Positions 11,078 to 23,000 of a stretch of DNA of 64,000 nucleotides are shown here, one piece after another. The stretch comes from Lama guanicoe (taxonomy: Eukaryota), in contig MU053758.1 in the NCBI GenBank assembly GCA_013239625.1, forward strand, positions 1,302,001 to 1,366,000. Direction: 5' to 3'. The notes beneath the pieces were generated by a model. The model was not told the DNA's origin and did no database searches. It worked only from the letters and a program-made list of their open reading frames with translations. Position 1 is the stretch's first letter. Every line of letters starts with the position of its first letter. Made by a program: the position numbers and the translations under genes.

Positions 11078-14000
11078 CTGTGGGGAGAGAAGGAAGTCAT
11101 TTATGGTCCACAACCCTCCCACATAGTCCCCACATCCCAGCCTGTCCTTTTCGGGGACCCAAGGCAGGGAGGGCTAGAGCATGCAGAAGAGGTCTGGGCC
11201 CCCCTTTCTCCTGCACCACCTGTTCCTCCCCTTCTCTGCCCTCCTTCTACCAGTTCAGCTTCCATTCCCCTAGCCCTGGGCATAGGGTCCCCAGGAGGTG
11301 TTAATGGGGAGGTGGGTCTGCTCAACCTGCCAGGGCATCTGCGGTAATGAGAGAAGCCAAGACCCAGACATGCTCTCTGCATGACTAAAACACAGCTCCC
11401 AGATAACGCAAAGAAATGGATAATCCCAAACAATGTACAGCTTGTCTGGTTTTGGAAAATATTTTGGTCCTTCCAGGTGGCAAGGGTTGGCTCTGACATT
11501 CAGGAAACTCATTATTTCAGTGAAATGATACAGCCCTGAGATAGGGTTGTTTTCTAGGACAGACAAAAAAGAGCAGGGGCTCTGAGGCCTGATGGGGCCA
11601 ACTGGATGAGCAGGCATGGCTTCCATTAGCAAGTAACATTGTAAGTTTAATACTGAGCCAGGCACTGTGCAGAGTGCTTTGGCCTCACTGCCTCCCTCCC
11701 AAGAACTCTCTAATGGAATGAGATAATAAACCATCGCCCTCATTTTGCAGATGAGAAAACTGAGGGTCACAAAAGATAAGTAACTTATCCACGGTCCCAC
11801 AGATATTAACTGGTGGAGTCCAGAATCAAAGCCAGGACTGCCACTCTGAAGACAGTGCCTTTCACTGGGGAACTGAACAAGTTTTAATGGTGCAGGACCC
11901 CAATTCACGCCAACAAAAGGCCGAGGGAGTGAGATGCTGCGACCCGGGGAAGGTGGCTTCAAAGGAAAGGAGCCTCGCCCACCAATCAGGCGTGAAGCGG
12001 AGGGCGGGGCTCCCTGTGGCTCAAGCCAGTGCGCACGTGCCCACTCACGTTGATGGACGGCCAGGACTGCGCGTGCTCAGCGTGGGCGTAGGCGGTGGCG
12101 GCGGGCGACTCGGGGACAGGGAAGCCAGCGCAGAACGAGGCGCAGCGGATGGCGCCGGCCTCTGGGCTGGGCGGGCTGGCGGGTACGGCCCACTCCTCCT
12201 CCTCCGACGGCTGCTTCTCGAAGCGCAGGCGAATGCCCTCGAAGGCGCGCCGTGGACTGAGGGGCCGGCCGGGGCCGTAGAGCTCGCCGCCGTAGGCCCG
12301 CGGCTTGGGCAGCGTGGCCGCCTCGGCCTGCAGCCAGGGCGAGGAGGCGCCCGCGTAGCTCGCGCCCTCTGCCATCTCCGAGTAGCTGCGTCGGCCCTGG
12401 AAGCCGGCCTTCACGTGGTGGCTGGGCGGCTTAGCGTAGGCGCGCTCGGCCAGCGTCCTCTCCCCCGGCGGCGGGGGCGGCGGGGGCCGGGGCTGCGGGG
12501 CCGGGCGGGCTGGGGGCCCCGGGGAGCGGGGCTGCGGGCTAACTGCGGGACGGGCGACGGGCAGGAGGGCGAGGCCGGCGCGGGGCGCTGCTGGGGCGAG
12601 GGGCACGGGGGCCCCGGAGAGCGGCGCTGAGGGACGGGGGACTGGCACGGGGGGCATGGGGGCGCCGCTCGGGCCGGCGGGGAGTGTGAGGGGCACTGAG
12701 GGGCTGGGGAGTGGCGCTGCGACAGCGGCGAGTGTCTCTGGCCTGCAGGAGAAGCAGGACGGGTCGAGAAACAGCGGTGGGGAAAGAAGGCGTCAGAACT
12801 GGGGAGCCAAGGCCTTGCGGGCGACCAGTGTCCACCCAGTTTCCTCCGAACGTAAGTGAAAAAGGCCCAGGCACCGGGAAAGTAGTCGAGGGTGGCCCCA
12901 GGACGCAGGACGTTGGCCATAGCTAGCCCCTCCCTTTGGGTCCAGCTCCCGGCCTCCCCTGCCCCATCTCACCGCCACTCCGAGCCTGCTCCTGCAGCAG
13001 AGTCCTCAAGATCCTCCCCTGCAGGGAACTCAACTCCCGAAGCCGGCCCAGCTCCTCTGTCAGCTCCGTGTAAGCAAGCGCCAAATTCACCCTGAAGGAC
13101 AGCCAGTCACTCAGATCAAGACTTGACCCCAGCCTGCCCTGACCCTGAGGTCAGAGGGCAGGGTGTGGAGAAGAGAAGGGAAGTGAGTTAACTATCACAG
13201 CAGCGGACGGACTGCGAAGGACTAGCTCTGCCCCAGCATCTGCCCCGCCCTCCCCTCCAGGGCCCTCCTACCCCCACCTGCAGAAATTCTCTTCGGCTAT
13301 AAGGCCCACCTCAAAAGAGAACCTCTTCCAGGGAGCCTCCCCCTTCTCCCAGCGAACCTTACCTGGGGTTAGGGCAGTGGTTCCCAGACTATGGCCTGGG
13401 GGCTGGGAAGCTCAGTGATTTCAAGGGATCCCTGAATCTGTGTGATCACTGAGCTTGTCTGTGGCCTGAATACATCTCCTACAGGTATGTGTGAATGTTT
13501 TTCTAATCTGTGCAGAAGCTGTGGTGACAAATAAAACATAGATTCATCAAAAAGCTGCGCTGAATTTATAGTAGCTTTTGTCACTGTGAATTTTCTCACA
13601 GAGCTCCTACTAACAGTGTAAGTGCAATCTGTGCTTTGGGGGCAGGGGGTGCATGAGGAGTCCTCACCTTTGAAAGATCAGGGACCACTGTTGCACAGCT
13701 TATGAAAAGCCCTGTTCCATGAGTGAAGACATAGCCTCTTGGCTTGGCAGTGGTGCCAACTGATAAACTTGAACCCAGGTCTGCCCAGTTCCAGGTCCAC
13801 TCCTCTTGCTTCCACCTCAGGGCTGCCTCTGAGCTCCTTCAGCCTTGCAACTCCCAGGATCACCAGGGAGCCCTTTACATGGAGATCTTTGTGAACAGCT
13901 GTTGTGCATTGCACACCTCCAGGGGGCACCACTCATATTAAGCACTTAAAAGTTGCCTTGTTCTGGAACTTCACTGAGAGTTCCTCGAAGGTGGGGATTT

Positions 14001-17000
14001 TATCACTGTGCTCATATTTTCAGCACCTTGTCTAGGGTCTGGTACCCAGTAGCTGTTCAGTAAGTGAATACTGAATTGAGCCTCTATTTTTCTTTCTTCT
14101 TCCCTTTTTCCCTCCCACTTTCTGCTCAGGCCTCCCAGGTACCTGCCCTCACAGAGCTGGAACAGACTCAGGAAAGACTTCAACCACTTCCTTTCCACTT
14201 CCTTTCTCTTTGGGTCACTCTGACCCAGAACCACCTAGGTTATCACTCTCGGCACTGACCCTCCCCTCTCTCCCACCGTGGCCTGCACACCCGTACTGAC
14301 TTCACATGAGGCTCTGCCATGGCCGTGGGTCGCTGCTTTCATCTCTGATCTGGGCTTGGACAGAGCCTGTGAGGCAGGATGTTTTGTTTCCTCAGATCTC
14401 GCCTCCCTCCCCAATCCAGAAGGAACTCTGGAACTTTGTGGAAGTTGGGGTTGGAGGGAAGTGGCAGGCAGGGCTCAGCCACCCTAGAAAGGATTTCCTC
14501 ATAGGGGAGGCTCTCTTGCCCCGGGAGCTATAGGGCCCTGGGCGGGAAGGAGAGGTGGGTGGGGGTAGTTCTCTAGACCCTGAGGGTCTCCATCCCATGG
14601 TAATGGACATGAGAGAGGATGTATGTGGACAGGAGGGAGTGAAGGGAGGTGTGAGACCAATGTGATGAGTGTGAGGAACAGTGTGAGTGTGTGTGCCTGA
14701 CCCCAGAGAAGAGGAGGGGAAGTCATGAGGTTAGGACTTCAGAGGGCAGATGATGACTGAACTCCTTTACCCCCCTCACTGGCTCCTCTCTCTTACTAAT
14801 CCTAGGGCAGAGCTGGCTGGAGGGGGAGACAGCAACCCCTACCACCCACAACAAAACTATTTTTAACCCATTTGGGCCAAAGCCAAATTATTGCAAATAG
14901 GCTAGGATTCTGGGGGACAAACCCATTCCTTAGGGAGGGAGGGTTCCCTCTACCAATCTGATGGTGGACAGGGATGGGAGGAAGCAGTCCTGCCGGGAGC
15001 CCTTGCCGAGGTGCTGCAGCCCTCAACCCATCACATCTCAGCTCTATGATGTTCCCCGACCCTCTTCACATGGATCTGTGGGAAGAAATGGCATCATGCT
15101 CATCAGACTGGGAGACCCATCTGTGTCCCACTTTAAATTAGGGACTTCCCAACAGAAGACTCCCCAGTTTAGTCCAAGGGAATCTGAGGGCAGGAGCTGT
15201 GTCTCTCCCATCAGACTGGGGGCTTTCAGACAGGATCATGCCACCCCTCAGTGGTGGGGGCAGGAGGAGGCTCTGGGCAGGGCACTGATGGAACATCCCC
15301 TCTGACCAAGCAGCTACAGTTTCTCTCCCAGTCTGCCTTCACTGCTGTATCTCAGGTGACAGATACAGGTCGTCGCCTTCACACCCTGCCTTGGAGATCT
15401 CACCTGCCACACTCAGTTCCCAGGCCCCTATCTCTCCCCTGCTTGCCTTCCTCCCCTTGTCAGGAGCTACCCCAGTTTCCACAGCCCAGCTCCTGGCACC
15501 CTCCTCACTGCAAAATAGACAGGGCAGCAGGAAATGGAAAGGAGAAGGCCCAGCCCCGAATGTCTAGCCCTTCTCCCAGCTCTGACCCTGTGTCCTCCTG
15601 GGGCTCCAGGCAGCCCTTGCAAGGACCTCTGCAACCCCGGGCAAGGTAGGGGGACCTGACTTCCCAATGTCCCATGGCCCCTGGGACCTCCCCTTTCATC
15701 TGGCATCTCTTCCCACCTCAAGATGCACAGGCACGGCTGCTAAATATGCTAACCATCTGAATGACTCACATTAGAAAACACTGCCAATTCAGTGGAAAAA
15801 TATCTCAACTTCACAACACAACCAAGAGTCACACACGTGCACCTGAATACACATTCCGCTTCCTGGTTTCCTGGCCCACACCTGAGTGCGATTTTCCACC
15901 ATCACCACTGTTTGGGAAGGATGGGTCAGGTGAACAGTAGCAGAGAGCTGTGTTTGGGTGCTTCTTTATTGCTTAAGTTATGGAGTGGGGGGAGTTCTGT
16001 CTGAGTCTCTCAGAAACTGAGAGGGACTCAGGGAGAAAATCATAAATAATCTGTAAGAGCCCTTATCATGGGCCAGACTCTGTGCTAAGAACTTAATCTT
16101 CACGACAAACCTACAGTGTTGCCACTCATTATCTCCATTTAATGGATGAAAAAACTGAGGCTTACAGAGCTTAAGTCACTTGCCCAAAGTCATAAAGCCT
16201 AATAACAGTGGAGTTGCTGGAATGGGAGCTCTGGCCTCCTGGACTCCAAAGTTGAGGATACTGACCACACAACTATGTACTGCCTTCCAAAACAATCAGG
16301 AAAGTGGGGCAGGAGGAGAGATGGGAAGAAAGCAGAAAGGAGAGATGAGGAGGAAGAGAATGGGGACCTCCAAAGTGGCCTGGGAGTCCTGAGCATCACA
16401 AGTCCAGCCCTGGGAGGGGAGAGGAAGATGCTGGACATGTGAAACTGGCTGGCTCAAGGTCCCAGAGCAGTGGTGGCACAGTGCAGGGATTCAAACAGGC
16501 TATTGGCACCTCAGCCTGCTGAGCTGGCACCTTTGGAGGAGCTGGAGTGCAAATGGCAGTGCTGGCTGGAAGGAGAGCTCCCTCCACTGCAAACCTTTCC
16601 ATTGTTTATTGACTTATCCTTTCATTCATTCTTTCTGTGAATAATTCAGGGATCTCAAAAATTTATTTGGAAATAATAATCTTTAATGTCATTGATAAAG
16701 CAACTGAGATGAGAAAGGTTAGAGACCTAAGCATCCTCCTCTGTAAAAGGCCTCTTTCTGCCCTAAACCAGCTGGGAGGCATGCGAGCTTCCGAGTGTAG
16801 CATTTTTCCTGGGGAAGTTCACCAGGTGCCCAGTGCTGCCCTGGAGCCTCTGTGAGGATACGGATGTGGATGCAGATGCGGATGCAGTGGGCAGAAATTC
16901 AGGCCAGTGTTGGGTCATGGGATTAGAACTAGGGATGGGCTCAAGGTCAGGATTAAGGCTGAGGTTGGGGGCAGATTAGTTCATTTTCAGGCTTGTGGAT

Positions 17001-20000
17001 GGAGTTGAGTCAGGATGAGGGACAGGGTTACAGGCAGGGATGGGATCAGTATTAAGGTTAGGATTGGGGTCAGGATCAGAGCTGCTCATGTGGTCAGAGT
17101 CCCCAGCTGATCAAATCAGGAGGAAAACAGAAATCCAGCATTCCCAGCCCCTCCATCCTTGCCCACAGCTGCCCTCGGCCACATCACCCCTGTGGGGGAA
17201 TTTAGGGACCAAACTTTCCATCACCCACAGGCACACCCAGCATTAGTCTTCCCGCCCGACCCGACCCTCAGGGAGGGGACCACAGGCACCGGGCCGTGGA
17301 GCGGACTTGAGGTTGCGGGCCGTGGGGAGGAGGAAGTCGCTTGCAACAACCCAGCGCTCCACCACTTCCTTTCAGGCGCCTTGAGCCCCTTCACTCTCCT
17401 CGACCAGCTATGACTTGTGGTCCACAGAGCCTGGCTCTTCGTGGCAGCCCCTGCCATGCTTCCAGCTCAGCCAGATGGTCACTATGTCTAGAAAGCCTTC
17501 CCCAGCTGGGGAGCTCACAGCAGGGCTGGAAACCAGAGTCCCCATTTAGGTTGGGGAGGGGGCCATGCATCCTAATTTCCCCAGGGCTGCCCAGGTTCAC
17601 AGCAGTTGCCTGGCATAATTATTGATAGTGCCCCCTTTCACTTTCAAAAGTGTTCAGGTTTGGACAACAAATCACCTGGCTGGCTGCCCCTCATGTTAGG
17701 GCCTCCTACATGGAGAAGAACATGAACCAGAAAAACACCACAGAGGTACATTCACCCCATCTGCTCAGGACCTGCTTGGTATTTGCAGTTAACTTCTCTG
17801 ATTACTTAACTTCTTTGTACCTCAGTTGGCTCAGCTGTAAAAGGGGACAATGCTATCACACATTTTTTGGTGTGAGAATCAAGTAAGATTTTGTAGATGG
17901 TTTGGATGAGGATTCAGGGAAGTGCCCAGGAAACAGGTGGGGAAAGCGGGGAACCAGTTGTGATCTCCTTTTTGAAGACACCAGCTCAGTGACTTTGGTT
18001 TAAATGAGGGGAAGATGTGGAGTTCCCCATCTAGGGAGAGCACATGGGTAAGAGCTGCTCTCTGCCTCCCTGGCAGGGAAAGGGTCAGAGACGGTTCAAA
18101 GCCCACCAATCCCTCAGACCACAATTAGGTGGGCGTGGTGGGCCCCAACTTCAGAACCCCTCCTCACCCTTGGGGAGCCCGGAGGCTGCAAGTCCTGTGG
18201 GCTGGGCGCCAGGGCTGAAGGAGATTTGAGAGAAAGGAAGTAGGGAGGGTGAGAAGCGTGAAAGGGGAGGCCCTGGGCCCGCTGGTTCTGGGGCATGAGA
18301 CTAAGCTCTGGGTACACGGGGGTCTCCGACTTCCGTCCTGACCCACCCCACACTGCCCTTGACCTCTGTGCAGAGTTTCCATCCTCTCTCTCCGAGTTCA
18401 CACTTCTCCCCCACCACTAACCGCAGCCCACGCAGAGGCTTGTGGGCGGAGAGAGGGGCGGGTGTGGGGAGGTGGGCGGAAAAGGGCCCAGGCTGCAACA
18501 CTGAGCCCCCCACGTTGGGAAAAAAGGCCTATAGTTTCCCTCCTCATCATTCGTACTGAACCCCCATCCTCTCAAGGGGAGCTCCCCTCATGGATGAGCC
18601 CCCTCCCTCACTGGCCCTCATTCCCCTCACTGAGCCCCCTCAAGGAGCCCCCTCTCCACAATTTCCCCTCCACCCTCAGGGCTAGTCACACCCTCAGGAA
18701 GGCCGTGCTCAGAACTGTGACTCTGCGCTGGGCCCAGAGGGGCAGGGGTCGTGGGCTCTGTGCCTCTCCCTTGGCTGGGACCCTCCTGGGGTCCTAAGAT
18801 CCCTGTGCATCCTCAGGAGCAGGTTGTCTCCACTCCCATCTCCTTCCTCATTATTGCCTTTGGCCCCTGAGTCACCCCCAGCAGCTCTGCCACTGGGGCA
18901 ACTTGTCCCCCTGGTACCAACCACCAGATGCTGGGCTGACCAGACGGCAGAGTAATCTTGCCTGCAGGTCGGACCTGAGGTGGGCAGTCTGGTCTGTTCT
19001 GGGCACTGGGCAGGAAGGGACTGAAAACCTTGGAGCAGGAGCTGCCTCCCCGGCCTGCCCCCCTCAGCACAGGGAAGACCTATGGAGGGGAATTAATAGA
19101 GGCAGGAGCTGTATGAGGGAGGGAATTTTAACAGCCAGGACTCCCACAGTAAAACTGGCCACCCTGGAGGTGTCCACACTGGGACAGACGAGCACCCTTC
19201 AGGGGTACACAGGGTTCCCACAGAGGAGTCGGCTGAACCCAGGAACCTCTGTGCCCCCTCTTCAGCCATCACACCTCCATCTGGATAATTCAGCCCCTGT
19301 GTTCCTCTCCGTGGAAGGCCCACATGTAAAATTCCCACTGGCCCGGAGGGTCAGGTAGAAGCAGAAGGAAGAGGAGGGGCTGGTGGGGGAAAGGAGCTGA
19401 GAGCAGGTGACTGAGGCCTCCTCAGGTGGGAGGACAGGGGAGAGAGCACTCGGGAAGCGGCTTATTACTAAAAGGAGCTGAGTTTATAAGAAAATAAAAC
19501 TACCGGGGGAGTGAGGACTTCCTCTGAGAATTAACTCTTGCCAAGCTGGGGCTGTCCGGAGATGCCTGGCCTGAAAGGAACTGAGAGTCTTGCCAGGCAG
19601 GGCCTGGCTGGCTCCAGGGGCAGATGTCCAGGAGGCCTTGAGGCAGAGCCCGAACCATGGAGACAGAGGGAAAGAGCAGGAGGTCATCTCTGGTAGGACC
19701 AGCCTCGGAGCACAGCTCAGCTCCCTCTGGCCAAAGGGACAGGGCGGGGCAGGTGCCTTGAGGTGAGAACAGATAGGGGCTGTTCTGGCCAAAATCATTG
19801 ACAGGGATGATACGACCTCCAAAAGTACCTTATGGGAGGCATTCTCTTCCACTCATTCACTTATAGCCTTGGCCCCTTGAGACCCACCACCCCTTCTCTG
19901 CCTCACCCACATCACCTTCCACTCAGAACCTCTCAGCAGCGATGGACCTCTGAGCCCGTGAAGGAAACCTGGGGCCAGAGAGATGAATTTGGCCAAGCTA

Positions 20001-23000
20001 AGCCATTCAGCATCCCAGGTAGGGTCCCTGGGATTCAAAGCCTGGCTGTTCAGACTCTAGCCCTGCCAAAAAAAATCCTCTCTCTGGGTTCAACCAGTTA
20101 GAGGAGGCTTCACTCAGCTCTTCTAAGAGGGAGCTGGACTCAGTGAGCCATAAAGGGCCCTACACTGTGACTTTACGGGCAAGCTAGGATTCTAGAACAT
20201 CTGTGTGTATGTGTGTTCCGGGTCTGGGCACATGGACTAGGATGTGCCCTAAGCCCCAGCCACAATTTAGGGTGGACCCTTTCCACAGAGGCCCCTAACA
20301 GCTGAGGGGTCCCACCCATTAGTCCCACAAACGGGGTTCTCACCCCCCCAGCTATCACAGCTCCACCCAGGCCGTCACCCCAGGGTGCAGAGGGAGGTGA
20401 GGTGTATCCCCAACTGGCCAGCAGCTGGGAAAAAGGTGAGGAGGAGGCCTGCTGAGAGGGGGAGCCAGAGGTCTTGTAGCTGGGTGTGTGGCATGGTAGA
20501 GGGCGAGCTCCTGCTCCTCTCCAGGCCTCAGTCTTCCCCTCCAATAAAAGGAGGGAGTCTGTGCCACACACCTCGTCTTAGAGGAGAAGGCTTAGGCGGA
20601 AGGAGGTTTGTGCTCTATTTCTCAGAAAGTGGGAGAGGATGAGTTCGGGTGCGGATGTGAGAGGCACCAGGCTCACAGCCGCCAGGCTGTGCTCACTCTC
20701 TCCCTGTCTGCCCGAGGCTGCCCCAAGGCCCCACTACTGGGGTCCCACTGACATAGCTCCCTCCCCACTTCCTGCTGCCCCTCTTTATTGGCAGGATTCC
20801 CAAGGGACACCCCAGCAGAATATGTTCTAATCCCCTGCATGCTACTGTATAAACTCAAGGAAGCCCATCCTCCTCTAAGACTCAGCTTTCTCTCTCCTGA
20901 GAAAGGAGAGGAGGCACCACAAATCCTGAAAGAGATCATCTCGTTCCTCCTCGTTGGGGAGGGGAGGGCTAACCCAACTGGCTGGGCCTTGTCACTGGGA
21001 TAGAAAATGGGCCCCAGAGGTCCCAAAACTCACCAGGGGACACAGAACACAGCAGCAAAGCTGCTGAGGAAGTCTCTCTCCACCCCTGACACCTCGAGAA
21101 GACACAGGCCTGGGTACCAGAGGAAAACAAAGGGAACGTCCCAGAACCTGCGCATCTCCAGGACCTTGCCTCCTTCCTCTGAAGGGTGCAGAGCCACACG
21201 AGCAACCCAAACCCCACAATCCTGACAGCCTAAAAGAGAGGCCCCAAAAATGTAGAGGGGAAGGAGTGAACCAAAGGGGGAACCTAGGAAATGGCACCCC
21301 CCAGGGTATAGAGTTTAAGAGGAAGAGGATTACAGAGTGACTTACTGATCATCCCCAACTCTTTTCACCCATGCCATGTCCCGCTCCGACTGGTTGGAGG
21401 CCAGGTCCTAAGAGAAAGATTGAGAGGTGAGACCCCAAGCTCACCTTGCCTGGACTTCCCTTCTTTACTACCCCCAGGGCTCGTCTGGACTCATGGGAAA
21501 GCCCTAGACATTTAAGGGTTGTTTCCAGCAGCCCCCAGACCTCCAGGAAGCTCTAGAGGGGCTGGGGCAGGGGCCCCAGGCAGCACCCTCCACCTTTTAC
21601 CTGGGCCCGGGTCTCCTGCAGCTGCTTCAGCTCCCCCTGCAGCCGCTCGCACTCAGCCTGGAGCTGCTCCTCCCGGAGCTGAGCACCCCGCGCCTCTCCC
21701 TGGGCGGCCTCCAGAGCCTCCTCTAGCCGTCGCCGTTCCAGCTCACCCAGACTCGGTGTGGTGCCTGGCCAGCCTGCTGTGAGGGAAAAGGACAATGTCA
21801 GGCTGGGTCCAGCTGCCGGGCACCCTCCACCAACTCCCAAATCAGCACAAGGTGAAGTGGGTGAGAGCTGCAGCATGAGGGATCCAAGAGAGACAGCCAG
21901 AGGGCAGCTATCCCAGGATGAGAGAGAGACCTCTCCCGAGGGAAATGGGAACGATGGGCTGAGATGCTTTTCCTAATCTTCCTGGAGGCAGAGGGAAAAT
22001 AAGATGGGCTCTGGAAGGGCTTCCCTGGCCAGACTCAAGTCTCCAAGCATCCTAGGGCCCTCTGCTAAACACAACCTGACAGGCAAGGGGACTATGGGTG
22101 GGGACACCCTCTGCTGGCACATACAGGGATTGCATGAGGGTAACCTCAGAATGGGCGAGATAAAAGGGGGGATGTCAGCGTCAGAAACTGGGGTAATAGT
22201 GACTGAGGTGTGGGGACTGTTGGTAAGGAGGGATGGGGTGATTATGGGAGAAAATAAAACATTACGATGGGGTGATGACTATCAATCTGAGATGCTGGAG
22301 GTGTCCAGCGGTGCTGAAATCGGGGGCTGGCTTGGGGCCTTTGGAGTACGGATGTCAGGGGTTGCTGAGATCTTACCGTGATTCAAGCCAGATCCGCCTC
22401 TCAGTGCCAAGTAGTGCAGGTCCAGATCAGCACAGGGCGGGGCAGAGACAGGCGGGGGGCTCAGGCTGGGGAAGGCTGCGTCCCGGAGGCCTTGTTGCTG
22501 CCGCAGCTGCTGCTCCAAACCACAGATCTGCCGCAGGTGGGTCTCCACCAGAGCCCGCTATGGGGGAAGACAAAGGGGTGAGGGTCTGCACCAGGCCAGG
22601 TCACCCCTGTGGGCCCCCCAAACAAGGACCTCCCCATGTCTGGGTATCCATTATCTCCCAAACTGAGCAGAGGTCCCAGGTCACACATCCCAGCTCCAGT
22701 CTCCAAGAGGCCATGAGTGAGAGGTCTCCTCTCTCAGCAACTGCAATGCAGATGTCTCTGGCTATTGCCCCTTGCAAAGTCAGAGGTAATGCCTCTTCCC
22801 TGTCACTAACATGCAGAGACACTTACAAGAACATTCAGCCTCCTGTCCAGACACCGCCACCCCCTCAGGAGCATAACTTCCATTTGCATATGTGACTTAA
22901 ACACTATGGGCTTCATCTATTTTACTCATAACACGGGGTTAACTTAAGATTTGTTGTGAGCATTAAAATGAGTAAATATATGTAAAGAGATGAGAATGAT

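Noticed and set aside
11887..12630. 247-aa plus-strand ORF
   Set aside because: Antisense shadow of GC-rich TBKBP1 coding exon 8.
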